A stretch of 64,000 nucleotides of DNA, taken from contig JARDVH010000025.1 of the NCBI GenBank assembly GCA_030324005.1, positions 113,820,621-113,884,620 on the forward strand, given 5' to 3'. The position numbers and the translations under genes were made by a program. The notes beneath the pieces are model-generated. The model had not been told where the DNA came from, did no database searches, and saw only the letters and a list, made by a program, of their open reading frames with translations. Positions 1-31,368 of this stretch are shown here, in pieces; position 1 is the stretch's first letter, and every line of letters begins with the position of its first letter. The stretch is from Negaprion brevirostris. Taxonomy: Eukaryota.

Positions 1-2503
1 GATGGTAAGAAAGTTTAAATCAGTTTTAACGGAGTGAATAGAAGTGTGCACCTGGCAGAGACTGACAACACCAAAGCTGGGACTGAGGTGCGAAGGAGTT
101 TAAAGATTGTAAGAATAGGGTCTGGGCAAAGAAAGTGTGTGCCAAATGCCAAATAAGATTAGTCTGAATCAGTGTAATGTCCTGGTTCAGAAATGAACCA
201 AACCAAGGAACAATAGTGTAAAGGTTAATGAATACACTTACAATGGAGTTGGAGGTGTCTTTATAAAATTAGAAAAGTACATAAATTGTTGAACGTATTC
301 CTGTTGAAATTTTGATGATTTGGTTGAAAATGATGTGAAGGAAGAAATTTACATATGAGGAAATCAACTGTAATACATTTGCATAGAACAGCATAATTTG
401 CGTATAGGAACATTAGTAGACCATTTGGTTCCTTGAGCATGATCTGCCATTTGGTGAGATTATGGCTTATTCAGTGATTATATAATGAAGTCTAGCATAA
501 TTCAATGGTTCTCAAATACCTTTGGTTGAAGGATCTATTATCAAATGAATTAGTAATCATGACTCCTCCACTATATAAATTATAAAATTGTATGTCATTA
601 TAAAAGTGTGTGTGTGAGGAACGTTTTAGTAATGTTTTGAAGAAATCAGTATTTATTTTGAGCTATCATGTCATTTGTGGGGCTTTGAAATGTGCAAATT
701 GGCTTTTACATAGTTAAAAGTAGTTTGGTAAAGTGCCTTGTAGAGTATTGAGGACATGTGGAACACTATAAATGCAAGTTCTTTCTTCATAATATTGCTG
801 GTAGATTTGCTATGGAAGTACATGATGTGCTGTTGTAGAGGACATTGGATTCTGTTGAGGTGGATTTGTTGTCCTTTAATGCAGCAAGGTAGTAAATGTG
901 ACCTCAGATCATAATGATTATTTGATTGGGAAACTTTACAGTTTACATCAATCTTGACTTTGTAACTAGTTTTTCCCATCATTCCCATCAGAGAGCTTAA
1001 ATATCCCCACTCTCCTGCCACTTCCCCATTGAGTTCACACTGGATACATTTAATTCATATCCCTTAAATTTCCATTTTGAACATTTCAATTGACACACTT
1101 CTTCAGAGAGAGAATTTCTGATTTCCACTAATGTAATGTCCTTAAATGAAGTAGTATTTCCTGATTTCACTCAGAATATCCCAGCACCAACATTAAGAGA
1201 TAGTATCCTTTTGCCCTGGGTTCCCTCACCTTTAGATATGAACTTAATCACCCTTCAATTAAACTCAAGAAAATGCAAGTCTAGTTTATGTAGCTGCCAT
1301 CCAGGTCTCTGTCTTGAACTCCCTCCCTCAATCCCTCCATCTCTTTTCTCCCTCGCAATCATTAATGGCCACACTTGGCCAATCTTTAAGTGAACCCTTG
1401 TAAATACATGGGCTGCAGCAGTTCAAGAAAGAAAATCAACACGGGCAATAAATGCCAAATACACCTACACAATCCATGAATTACCATGTATGTTTCACTG
1501 TCTAGCTTTTTTTGGCTATGTTTCAATGAGCTTTAAAAACACTTAAAACATTATAAATACCAAGTTGTTACAGAAATAAAGCAGATATCCTCATAATAAT
1601 GCTTGTGCATTGCACAACGTAATACTCTCATATTTATTGGACAGCATATTCCCTGACTCACCTTGAGTAATGCTAGGTACATATCAAAATAAGTAAATCA
1701 GCATGACAGGCATCACACTTCTTCACTAATCCATATAGTCTTGAAAGAATGACGGGAAAAACTAGTTACAAAGTCAAGATTGATGTTGTNNNNNNNNNNN
1801 NNNNNNNNNNNNNNNNNNNNNNNNNNNNNNNNNNNNNNNNNNNNNNNNNNNNNNNNNNNNNNNNNNNNNNNNNNNNNNNNNNNNNNNNNCTTTTAACTAT
1901 GTAAAAGCCAATTTGCACATTTCAAAGCCCCACAAATGACATGAATGATCTCCATCTGTACTGAAATGATACACAAATTGCTGTTCGACATACCTAATTG
2001 CTGTAACCGTTCAGCCCATCTCGGTACCATGTTCTTTAGCTTCTACACTCCTTTAGAAATGTACCTTTTATATTGCCTTAGCTTGTTCTTCCTACTTCAC
2101 GCTTTTCTGTGTTTGTTTTTATCTTTAATGTATCTGTTTATTCCACTAGCTAGCCTGTGTCCTCTTTTAAATTTATCACTATCCTCCTCGCAGTTCACAA
2201 TACTTGTACTCATAGCTGAATTTTATTTTCATAGCTATGTACAGCAATACTTTGTTTGCTGACTTATAGCCTCATACCCCCCATGGATTGTCACCTTGAC
2301 ATAATGGAGAGGTTTGTGTATTCCAACTCCTTTGACTGACACCAGGAGTTTCTTGCTCCTAATAGGGCTATCCAAGGTGGCAAAGTCAGGAGGAAAATGC
2401 TATCCAGAACAATAGAATAAGTGACAGAAAATTGTGCATGTCTGCAACTGCAAAGCTGAAGGAAGGCTGCAGTGGAAAGCTAGTCCCAGTCATTGTAATT
2501 CAA

Positions 2504-2661
2504 TAAGAAGTCTGACAACACCAGGTTTAAGTCCAGCCGATTTATTTGATAGTAAACTCACTAGCTTTCGGGTTTGTCCCTTCATCAGGTGGTTGGACTT
2601 AAACCTGGTGTTGTCAGACTTTTTACTGTGTTTACCCCAGTCCAATGCCGGAATATCCACA
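2504..2661. mobile_element. Miniature Penelope-like element (inverted partial pLTR) with TSD
   Basis: Inverted arms aagaagtctgacaacaccaggtttaagtcca / tggacttaaacctggtgttgtcagacttt; direct repeat tcattgtaattcaa at 2490-2503 and 2662-2675. Confidence 0.75.
2559..2591 (-). ncRNA. Minimal type I hammerhead ribozyme motif in a Penelope pLTR
   Basis: Minus strand CAC-CUGAUGA-A-GGG-acaaa-CCC-GAAA-GC-UA|GUG: core boxes, stem II GGG/CCC, stem I CAC/GUG, palindromic AGCU stem III. Confidence 0.6.
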
Positions 2662-4067
2662 TCATTGTAATTCAACACATTAATGAAATCTGACCACTAA
2701 CCTGTTGCGATCCTGTGGACAATAAATGATACCCAACATTTCCATATCATACAAAGTCAGGCTTGCAGGCATCTGCTGGAGTTTGTTCACAAATTCCTGC
2801 AACAAAATAGAATTGACGAATAGGGAGTGTGAACCTGCAAATCCCTAGCCAAGAATCTATGTGTGGGCAACAGATTCATGGATGTCATTAGATACCTGTG
2901 TTGGGACAGAGTTTCTTTACAAAACTGTAAAATCAAGTGGAGTGAAAACTGTTAAGTGGCTGAAAAGCATCTCTCCTGATGTGGTCTGTTTTCTCAGCTC
3001 TCAATTAGCTAACGAGGTAGGACAAAAAAAGTGTTTCAAAGACAGTGAAGTGCAGAAGTATCTGCATTGATGGCTGGGAGAAGCTTGAAATGTCATTCAA
3101 AATGGTAACAATTTGCCCAGCAGGTAGCATCACACTTTTGAATCCCAACATCTTAATGATGAGGCAGAGAAGCAGCAGAGAAGGAAAGAAAAGAAAGGAA
3201 ATCCTGCAATCCGGCTCATACTATCTTGTCAAGAATCGGCCTGTTCAGTCACATGAAGATCTTGACAAAAACTCATGAACCTTGGGAGACAACATCCTTG
3301 AATCTAGGGACAGCTGACAACTGTGGTTTTATGATGGAATTTAGGTCTTTAGGCAAAATTTTATGGGTGCATTTCAAATGAGAATTGGGAAAGTTTATGT
3401 TGAACTAAAAACAATTTTTTGTATGCTATTTAGAAGGAGCAGGTAATTGCACGCTCTCACTCAAGTCCTCCCTCAGCCTCCGCAGACTGCACAACTCATG
3501 GCCAAATCCCATAGATCTTCCTACCTTCAACCCTATCACTATATTTCTCTTTCTCGTGCATGTTCTAGCTTTTATGTGGCCTGACCCTACTCATGCAAGA
3601 TACCTACCTTATTCCAATCTTATTATTTCTTGGCTGTCATTGTTCTGTGTATCTTGATCCTTGTCATAGATATGACATAGAAATTTATATAGAATCTAAG
3701 GGACAGGGGCAGACCATTTAGTCCAAACAGTCAATGTGAGCATTTATGATCACAAACTTCCTTCTGCCCCACTTCACTTGACTCAGTTGGCATATCTTTC
3801 TGTTTCTCCCCCTTGTGTTTATTTAGTTTTCCCTTAAAGGCGTCTATGCTATTTGCCTTAATTACTCCTCGCGACAATGAATTACACCTAACTACATTCT
3901 GGTAAAGAGATTTCTCCTGTTACACGTTGTTTGTTATGGACTATCTTATATTTATGACAATTTGCGTATAACCAGAAAATAGCATGTGTGACAATCCCAT
4001 ACCTACAGACGGAAACGTGGGACAGGCGATAGAGGGAAAAAATGACTAACATAATGCAATATACTAA

Positions 4068-4200
4068 AAACAAAATACTGTGGATGCTGGAAATGTAAAA
4101 TAAATCAGAAAATACTGGACAAACTCAGATCTGGCAGCATCTACAATCTGTGGAGAGAGAAACAGAGTTAATGTTTCATGTCCATATGACTCTTCAGAGC
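4068..4200 (-). mobile_element. Solo Penelope-like pLTR with degenerate hammerhead motif
   Basis: aaaatactgtggatgctggaaat...tctggcagcatc...gagagagaaacagagttaatgtttc, the same family as 26983 and 44723. Confidence 0.6.
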
Positions 4201-4766
4201 AATTTTGTACGCAGATAGAAAATGTACAATCAAGAAAAAGAATAAAACCGAGAAGGAGAATGGTAAATTCAGAAAACAGTCTCTAAAACAAAATGCATGA
4301 GTACAGTGCCTTTCTGCATCAAAACTTTGCAATGTTTCACTCAGTAATTTAGTTTTGAAGACCTTTTGTTAGGCCCACAAATAGAAAGTGGTAAATTACC
4401 AATTAATCTCTTTTTTGGTGTTAATAATTGAGGGAGGAATGTAAGCCAGGTCACTATGAAGTTCTCTATTCTTGCAGTGAGATCATTACCATTCTCTTAG
4501 CTGAATAGAACCTTGGTGTAACTTCGCTTACGAGGAACAATAATGTTATGCTTGCTACTATACTGATGTATCAATCCAGACTATGCGCTTAAAAAAATGA
4601 GTAACATTTTCTATCTGACACGATAGAAGAGCCAATCATTGTTAAAATCTAGCAAAGCTATGTTTTGTAAACTATTCTAAATGCACCCTGTATTCCTGTA
4701 AAAAAAAAATTAGTTGTATTTCCTGAAGTTTTCAATACCATGTTTGTTCTTCTAGAATGCATGAGA

Positions 4767-22448
<17,682 letters not shown>

Positions 22449-23408
22449 TCCATGTGAAATGCATTTAGTTAGTACCAGCTAAATACTATTGAGTTCACTC
22501 AGGTAAGATAGAAGATTGACTTCTTAAACCTCAGGCCAAAAATTGATGCCTACAGTGCCCTATTTAAAAGTGATTTGCTGTCAAATCCTTACCTCTGTCC
22601 ATCTTTCTTTTCCTACTCTCAAATGTTTTTATTTAAACAGGGGATATTGAGAAACCAAAGTAAAGATGTGGAATCTATGTTTTAAAAAAAACAAATCAGA
22701 GCAAAGAATTCTGTTTAATTCTAACACTTCGTTTTTCTTTACCTATGTAAGTTTATTTTTGTTAGAATTGTTATATTTAATACGTTCTGCAAATGTTTGA
22801 ATCTGCCAGAATGAGTTAATATTTATAGCTGATGTTGAAGCAAGGATTACTGATGACTATCTGTTATAACTGTATAAATACGACTGTTGGGATGCTTCAA
22901 CATCAAGCATTCCCAAACTTCATTCAGGTGAGTCAATTGTGTTCACTTCCAAAGAGAATTGCAAGTAAGCATTAATCAGAATTCTTTGAATTAATATTTT
23001 AATTGCATTTTGATGATGGGATTCCTTCTTATTCTTGTAATGGGTTAATTNNNNNNNNNNTAAAATGCAAGCTCCGTGCACAACGGGAAGTTGAAATTAT
23101 GTTCTGCTTTTCTCTATATTGTTCTTATTCATTTCAATTTTGTTTATTTTCTTTACTTTTTTGTGCCTCTTTATTTTACACTCTACCTTGCCCTTTCCCC
23201 TCTCCATCTTATCGCTGTGTTGCCTCGATCCTTTATTTATATGAAGTTGCTCCATAAAGTACAAAAAAAATCTTGAAAATGCCAAAAAACTTGAGCACAG
23301 TAATGTTAGTAAAGCAGTCAAACCCACTGCATTTCATGCACACTTTGTGACCTGGTTGGATTGTATTAGCACGTTGTACAATCCATAAAAACAATCTCAG
23401 AATATTTT

Positions 23409-23414
23409 AATAAA
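23409..23414 (+). promoter_or_regulatory. Candidate proximal poly(A) signal of KATNA1
   Basis: AATAAA about 960 nt after the stop, in AT-rich UTR-like sequence. Confidence 0.35.
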
Positions 23415-25242
23415 TAGTCACTAGTTGCAATCCTAATTCTGTTTATTCAGTTAGCACATGTAGGTACAATGTGTTATTCTAAGGGACAGGATGGCATTCG
23501 ACACACCTACCTGGGCAGGCATCTGATTTCTCCCCATCTGTACAAGATGGCTAATTTTTAGTTCTTTACTTTTACTCCTGTCAGATCTTTTTGTTGTTTC
23601 CCACATAGCAAATGTTTGATTTATCTATTGGTTTCTGTTTATTTCTCAGTTTAAATACTGAAGAAAATCTTACTCAAAGTTAGAGAGGGTGATTTTGAAC
23701 ATTTTTACTTTAATTGCTGATTGGATCCTTAATGTCAATTGTGCAAATCAACAACGTGCTGTGCCCGTTTTTCATTAAAAGGTTAGAAATCCATATAGCA
23801 GTGAACTGATGCCAGCTTCTGGTTTTAAAATATGTCAAATGCTTCTGTAGAAGACATCCCATCATTTGTTCTTGCAGCTTTTAAATTGTTGCACCACTTC
23901 ACTACAGAATAAGCACGAGGATTTACTGGATCTGTCATCCTGCAGAAAACGATGTTGGCTACAAGAACAGTTAAACATGAATGATTCTTCTGGGTACAAA
24001 AAAATCCTAGATTGACACCAATGTGCTATTGTGTTGCCACTGATCTCATTTGGCATGGCTAGCAAATGGTTCACCTGGATTGTATGCAAGTTTGGGAGTG
24101 ATCCAATATCTTGACCTCCATGCTTGAAGGCATGTAGGGCAAATGGAAGAACTTCGTCGTTGTCTTTCCACAATTGCTGCTTAGATCCATTGAAATGCTC
24201 TCGTTTGTTCTTACCTTANNNNNNNNNNNNNNNNNNNNNNNNNNNNNNNNNNNNNNNNNNNNNNNNNNNNNNNNNNNNNNNNNNNNNNNNNNNNNNNNNN
24301 NNNNNNNNNNNNNNNNNNNNNNNNNNNNNNNNNNNNNNNNNNNNNNNNNNNNNNNNNNNNNNNNNNNNNNNNNNNNNNNNNNNNNNNNNNNNNNNNNNNN
24401 NNNNNNNNNNNNNNNNNNNNNGATTTGAACATTTGATTTTTACCTATGCATTTGCTGCTTATTGGGTTTACGAAGTTCTCTTTAACTAAGAATGAATGTC
24501 TGACCCTCCATGTTGGTACTTCAAACGGACCTGAAATTTATGGCCTTAGAATCCTGCCTTTAGCACACTTGTCATTGTACGTGGAAATGGGAAGAATGTC
24601 CTTTTGCCTTTTCTTTATCTCCACTCTTAGCTTAGCAAAAAAAAATACACTCCAGAGCTACCTTATTTGAGATATTTGCTTAGAAGGAACTATATCAGTT
24701 ATCTTTCCACCAGTGCAGAATGGTACGACTAACTCGAGGTCAAAGCTAATGCATATTCTTATTCGTTTTTTTATTGATTGGAAACTGAATTGAGGATTTT
24801 AAATTATGTCCTTGGATACGTAACCAATTGTGCAAGATGATTACAAAATAGAATCTGGTGATTAGAGATCACTCGATGCTGAACCATTTTCATATCAAGC
24901 CTATAAAGAGAAGGATGGAGAATCTTAGTGGTATATAAACCAAGTGCAAGCTGAAAAAATGGCCAATCAGATAAACAAACACTCTTCTAAAATCAATTTT
25001 TTCTGCATACTTGATAGTTCAGTACAATGAATTGTTGATTTGTTAACCACCATTTGTCTGTAGCAGTTAGATGTTCAAACTCACAACTTGAAGCATCAAT
25101 AACTTTCCATTTCCCCTCTCTAAGATAAATTGAGATGTACTCCAATGAGTACAGTATTTTTATTATAGATTTTATATAAAATTAAATATTTGTACTATAA
25201 CTCTCCAAATACATTTTACTGTTTGTGTAAGGATCTGCCTTC

Positions 25243-25248
25243 AATAAA
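25243..25248 (+). promoter_or_regulatory. Candidate distal poly(A) signal of KATNA1
   Basis: AATAAA preceded by U-rich/TGTA elements and followed by a T/GT-rich stretch. Confidence 0.35.
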
Positions 25249-26982
25249 ATGACACTGCTGCAAACTTTCTGATGTGCATTTAGTTCTGCAATTAACGATT
25301 TGAGTATTTTTGAATGAATCATTTTACACTGCAATTTCTGCCGCTACTTGAAAGTGATGTCATCAAAACTGGAACTAGCAAAATACACTGCTGTTCAAAC
25401 AATGAAGAAACAAATGGTGCAATCAGAAGAAGTCATCTAGTCCCAACAAAACCAAAGGGAACCATGTCAGCTGAGACAGAGCAGTGTAAAGGCTCCAGAA
25501 GACATGTTATAGTCTGGAAGATCCAATAAAGAAATGCAGCCTGCTGCAACCAATCTAAACAATGTAATTTGTCCATAAAGAAATGGAAGTGAACTTTCAA
25601 CTTTACTAGTCCTGACTGACAACGAGGAAAATCTTGAGTCCAGGCTGGTAATTGCAACAGTTGGTGACTAGGAGCTCTCGTTTTACGATCATGGATGCAG
25701 GAGTTCTGACTACACAACTAAGTGCAAATGCCTGAAGAGCTACCATTAAAATTTTATACTCCTGCTATTAGCCACTTGTTTTGTTTCTGTTTAGTAACTT
25801 GGTTTGGCAGTTGAAGACATAAGCCATATTATTCAGCAGTTCTTTAAGATTAAGTAGGTCAGTGGAAGCAAAGGATTGAAATCCCAGTTGCGATCCAGAA
25901 AGGGTGAAGAATGCTGCAGTATTTTTCCCAGCTCCCTGGGCAAGCAAAAGCCTTTCCAGTGATTGAAAGAGCTGGGATCTACAAATATCTGACAAACAAG
26001 GAGCCCCAGAAATTTAACAATTCCCTTCATGGGTGCCAACAATCACCATGTCAACTATATGAAGGCAGCTTGGAAAACCCAGCCATAGGTTGTACCTTGT
26101 ACCAAATCGGGAGTGGAAAGGAGAGGTTACATAGTTAGCACTGAAACAGGCCTTTTAGCTCAGCTGGTCTGTGCCATTGTTTCTGCTCCATGAGTCTAAT
26201 CCCATCTTTTCATATCATCATATCTTATTCCTTTATCAAATGCTCATCGAGTTTCTCCTTTAACGTACCTATAATAGTTTCTCCAACCACTCCATGCAGT
26301 CACAAGTTCAACATTCTACAAGTATTCTCAAGGAGAAATAGCAATGTACTTGTATTTTCAATTTCGTTCACTGTATTTGCTGCTCACAATGTCTACACTT
26401 GAGAAAACGCAAATTGGATGACTGCTTTGTAGAATGTCTGTTCAGTCCAAAAACATAACCCCAAGCTTCTTATTGCATGTTATTTTGATTGTTCATCTTG
26501 ATCCCACTCCTCTGCAGTGTTCCAACTTGGTGAATGCATCACAGTCTTGACGACTAGTACCTCATCTTTCAGCTAGGCACTTTAAGGCATTCTAGACTCA
26601 ACAAGTTCAGAATGTTATTCCTGTCCCATTTTGATTACTTTTACTTCGTTTTCATCCCCTCCTTGTTTCTCTTATTTCCTTTCAAATGGCAGTGATTCGG
26701 GATACTGTCATTTACACCTCTTCTAGACACATTGTTTCTTTCCTTTCCCGTAACCTTCAGACCATGAAATCTTTTGTCATTTAATCTTTCCCTATTGCGT
26801 ACCATCCCTTTCATACTTTTAAGCGCCACCCTCTTCTTGCTGAAAACTATTACATTTCAGAACTGGCATATTAACTTTGTTTCTCTCTATAAAACTCCTG
26901 CTGAATATCTCCACCATTTTATGTTTTCATTCTATGTTCTATCTTTGGGTAAAGAGGTTTTCCCTGAACTCTATATTTTTAA

Positions 26983-27132
26983 TAAAAACAAATTATTGTG
27001 GATGCTGGAATCTGAAACCAAAAGAGGAAATGCTTTGACAAAGGGTCATCTGGACTCAAAACATCAGCTCTTCTCTCTCCTTACAGCTGCTGACAGATCT
27101 GCTGAAATTCTTCAGCATTTTCTCTTTTGTGT
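26983..27132. mobile_element. Miniature Penelope-like inverted pLTR (second family) with 13-bp TSD
   Basis: tctatatttttaa at 26970-26982 and 27133-27145; arms aaaagaggaaatgc / gcattttctctttt; homologous to the 44723 pLTR. Confidence 0.75.
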
Positions 27133-27589
27133 TCTATATTTTTAACAGTGACTATCATATTAATGGCCCCTGATCTTACATCCCACCCCCACTATTGAGA
27201 AAATGTTGCAGGAGTCCTTTATCGGGAAATAATTGAAATGTGAGCAATGTAGATGTAGGAAACAAATATGGTACTGGCTGTAGACTTTATTTCCATTATC
27301 TCCACATCATCAATATAAAATTGATTTAAACAATATAAAATGCAGAGTAGAATTGAAACTAAAGGTTAAAAATGACATGGAAGCTCTTTCACATCTTTGG
27401 GTGAATGGAAGTTGATTTTTTTTTATTGGATTTAACTGGCAATTCAGTAACATCTTGTAGTAAAACAGTGGAACAAACGTTGCACAAGGAAATGTGAGAA
27501 ACAAACAGGTTAGAGAGAGACTATCAATTCATAATGTTTGATGATTGTAATATATATTAATTATTTTCAAGCCATCACTGATGTACTAC

Positions 27590-27740
27590 AAGAATAGTGC
27601 AGTATTGGCACAGTACTGATAGACACTGGGACAGTACCTGATACCTACAGGAAGAGCACTGGCATCATCTGAGCCAGTCTAATCATACTGGGACAGTGCT
27701 GGCTCAGTCAGTATTGACACAAACTGGAACAGTCTGAGTC
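27590..27740. repeat. Degenerate minisatellite (cactgggacagtactga-like units)
   Basis: Recurrent actgggacagt/acagtactga motifs. Confidence 0.45.
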
Positions 27741-29674
27741 AGGGAAGCATCACCCTGTGATTAGATTAAGTGGGAATATGTTGGGTGAGATGCGAGGGAG
27801 ATAGGAAGGAATGGATGTATTTAGATTATCCATTAAAATTCTTAAGGTCTTCTCATTATTTATAAAGAGAATTTTCATTTTTTCTCCATGTGCTATACTG
27901 GTCTTGCAGTTTATGGCAGTGTGCAGCTAAATGCAGTCTCGCATCAAATGGTTTAAAGGCATATTACAGTTCTCCTGATGGAAATTTCCTCTTCAACATA
28001 AGATGGTGTGGTCAGCTTTCATCTTTTAAATAAATACCATGGTTTTTGAACTCCTGCTCATTTTGTTCTGAGTATTGTGACAGTATAAACTGGCAGTATG
28101 TCAGTGCGGTGAATTTGGTGAGATACACAGAAGGTGTTGCAAGCCGTGAGATCTGTACTATACCTTCACACAAACTTGAGGTCAATTAAACAGAAACCAA
28201 GTTGTGTGTCCAGTGAATGTTATAAGACATACAGCAGCAATGCAGTCCTTGTGTACGCTTATCCTAACAATTAAACTGTGATTCTCAACTTAAAAAACCA
28301 TATTGATCCGTCGGTCCAAATTTGCCATTGAAAGGCTAAATTCTTTGAATTAAAAAGCCCTCAAATGACAAAGAATTACCCAAATAGTGTTAGAGTGTTG
28401 AACAGCTGTGTATATACTGTACTATTTATGCCCAATGGACCGCCACTCACCTTATTTCATCCAACTGTATCAATATATTATCTATTTCTTTCATGTACTT
28501 ATCTAGCTTCCTCTTAAATGCATCTATGCTATTCAACTCAGCCACTCGAAAATGGTTTCTTCCTTCAAGCTTTCAACACGATTATCTTGGTTTTTGGTGA
28601 GATGGCAGTGATAAAATGATCCATATTCTTAGCTAGAGTGAAAAATGGGGAAAATAATTCAGGAAAAAAATTGCTATCAGCAGGAGAGTTAATATACTTG
28701 TGGGCAGCCTTTAATTGGTGAGTTAAAGTACTAGATGGATGACTTTCAAGGAGAGAAAACTACAAAGTTGATGGACTGAATGGGAAAGTACAATGCAGGA
28801 AAGAAGTATCTGCATCGTGCTTCTCCACCTAACAAAACAATTATAATCATATTTACCCAACCAGTGTCCATATTCCTTTGTACACTTTTCCATCACCCAA
28901 TACAATCTTGAGTATTAGCAGTTTCTGTCCAAACCGCTGAGCCTGGAGGTGTATTCCACAGCCTAAAAGTGGAGGGCCTCAATGGCAGAGCTGATATTCT
29001 GGCAGGATGGATACAATGGGAGATTCCATATTCCTGATCCTTGGAGTTCAAAGGGAGTGTTAATATACCAGAGGGATGGGTTTTGATGAAGGTATTAGAA
29101 GAATCAATTAAGGTACAAGTTAGATGAGTTTCAGTGGAAGATTTAATGTAAAAGTCAGGGGAGTTTAGATGCAAGGGATGAGATTCAATTACCTGTTTTT
29201 TTTCTCATCTCATGGAGGATGCAATGATGGTATGAACTGTTCTAGTCTCAGAACACAAAATACATGTGGAATGCATGTAAATGTTGGTCTCAGAATAGAG
29301 GAATAGAGCAAATAAATCCCTAAAGTAACACCATCAAGTAATAGGAATGTTCTCCAAAACACTTACAGCAAGGACAAGCACACATACTGAAGTACAATAC
29401 AAAGTATACACTAAGCCCTCATTCTGTTACATAAAGTACCCCTGATAATGCTGAAATCACAATCTCTGTGATGGCAGAATGCATGAAGTGCAAGGATCTT
29501 CAATTCCATCTTCAAATGCTCAAGGTCATGTAGAGCCACTGTTTAAACAAACACAGCAAGATGGGTTAAACAGAATGAAATAGGTCCTAATTTTTGTATC
29601 CACCATGTAAAATATCAGCAGCTGAAATTAACAAAGTTAAGAAAAGCCAGATATTAAGGAGAGGGCTTTTTTTT

Positions 29675-29958
29675 AAAGTTTATTTATGAGTGTCATAAGT
29701 AGGCTGACATTAACACTACAATGAAGCTACCATGAAAGTCCCCTAGTCACCACACTCTGGCACCTGTTCGGGTACACTGAGGGAGAACTTAGCCTGGCCA
29801 ATGTACCTAATCAGCTCGTCTTTCGGACTGAGAGAGGAAACTGGAGCACCCAGAAGAAACCCATGCAAGCACAGGGAAAAGGTCAGTCCCCAAGACAGGA
29901 ATTGAATCTGGGTCCCAGGCACTGTAAGACAAATGCTAGCCACTGTGCCACCATGCAT
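29675..29958 (-). mobile_element. HE1-type SINE with alternative tail
   Basis: Reverse complement of the SINE head plus tail ...gactaggggactttcatggtagcttcattg...taaataaacttt. Confidence 0.85.
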
Positions 29959-31341
29959 TCCCTGACTCAAACTGTTCTACTTTGTGTCAATACTGTCCCG
30001 GAGAAGGAGGACAGTGGGTACAAGAGCAGTACGCTGACTCGGCACAGGAGCAGGGCACTGATGAATAAAACTGGGGAACTGACTGGATACAGTATGGAAA
30101 GAATATCATCTGTGCAACAAAGCAATAAAAATGCAATGGCACATAGCATAGTTCCTGTATATTGGGATCCTGCTGTTTGTTGAGATGGGGATTTGGGGGC
30201 TGGGGAGGTGGTGGTCAGTGATAGTGACTGAAAAGAACTCCCACCTCATGCAATCCCCCAAGAGGGAAAAAGTAAAGTAGTGACAGAATTCAACTCGGTC
30301 ACCCGACAAGATTGGCTTTTTTTCACAGAATGATCAGTAATCTTCTTGAAAAGGGAATCTTATTTTTATAAATATATAAAAAGGAAGAGGCTGGCTAGGG
30401 TGAACGTTGGACCCTTCGAGGATGAGAGGGGGAACCTAGTGGTAGGGGATGGGGAAATGGCTGAGGTCTTAAATAACTTTTTTGTTTCGGTCTTNNNNNN
30501 NNNNNNNNNNNNNNNNNNNNNNNNNNNNNNNNNNNNNNNNNNNNNNNNNNNNNNNNNNNNNNNNNNNNNNNNNNNNNNNNNNNNNNNNNNNNNNCGTGCT
30601 GGGTTGTTCTTTGTTCTTTGTTCTAACTAGCCTGTAAACCGAATGGTGATGCCTTTAAATAGTGCCAGTGGGGTGGGATTCCTCATGTACCTTGCATGTG
30701 TGTTCAATTATGCCTGGGTGAGAGAGGGCATTGCCTTGAATGACATCCAAAATGGCAGGTTCAACATCAAATCAGCATTCTACACTGACGGACCTCATGA
30801 TCTGCCTATTCTGCAAAGGTCAGACACACGCACGAAACACCCTTGCCATCTCTCTCAAAAACATGGTGATTGTCACAAAGATGGTCAGAATCAGCCATCT
30901 GCCAATTTGTTTTATCGGCTCACATAGCACTGAAACTTTAGCATTACATAATGTTTATAGACAATTGGAGCAATTGTCAAAAATGTATTTTTGTTGGAAC
31001 GGGAGAGAATAATTAGCTCTAAGTTTTATAATATTTATGCCATAACAGAACCAAACAGGAAATGATAAGTTACATTTTAGGCACATCTGTCATATTTAAA
31101 GTGGTATTAGCATTGCGACAGACTGCCAAGAATTACATGTGCTATTTATACATTCATGTGGATGAAAAGGAAGTATTCATTGGGCTAGTTTTGAAGCCTA
31201 TCATTTATTTTTGAGTGTTTATAATTTCAGAATTAAATAGTTTTAAAGGTTCTAATTTTAGTTTAAGTATTTTTGAAGGTTATAATAAGGAAATAAGCTC
31301 TGAAACTACGCGTAAGGAAGGAGCAATAATTCCCAGCATAC

Positions 31342-31368
31342 TCACATGAAAGATGCCAGAAGAAACAA
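31342..31368 (-). CDS. CAPN9: Probable calpain terminal coding exon
   Basis: Pyrimidine tract ...tttctcttcaatgaag| LFLLASFM*; 8-aa hydrophobic tail like classical calpains; AATAAA on - at 31204-31209 downstream. Confidence 0.5.
   Translation of the reverse strand: MFLLASFM

Larger units (their letters stand above)
2270..3330 (+). mobile_element. Highly degenerate, internally deleted RTE-clade LINE remnant
   Basis: 5' part resembles RTE/Expander 5'UTRs (gtcaccttgac...ggagaggtttgtgt); near 3230 it reads SRIGLFSHMK, the RTE C-terminal motif. Confidence 0.45.
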
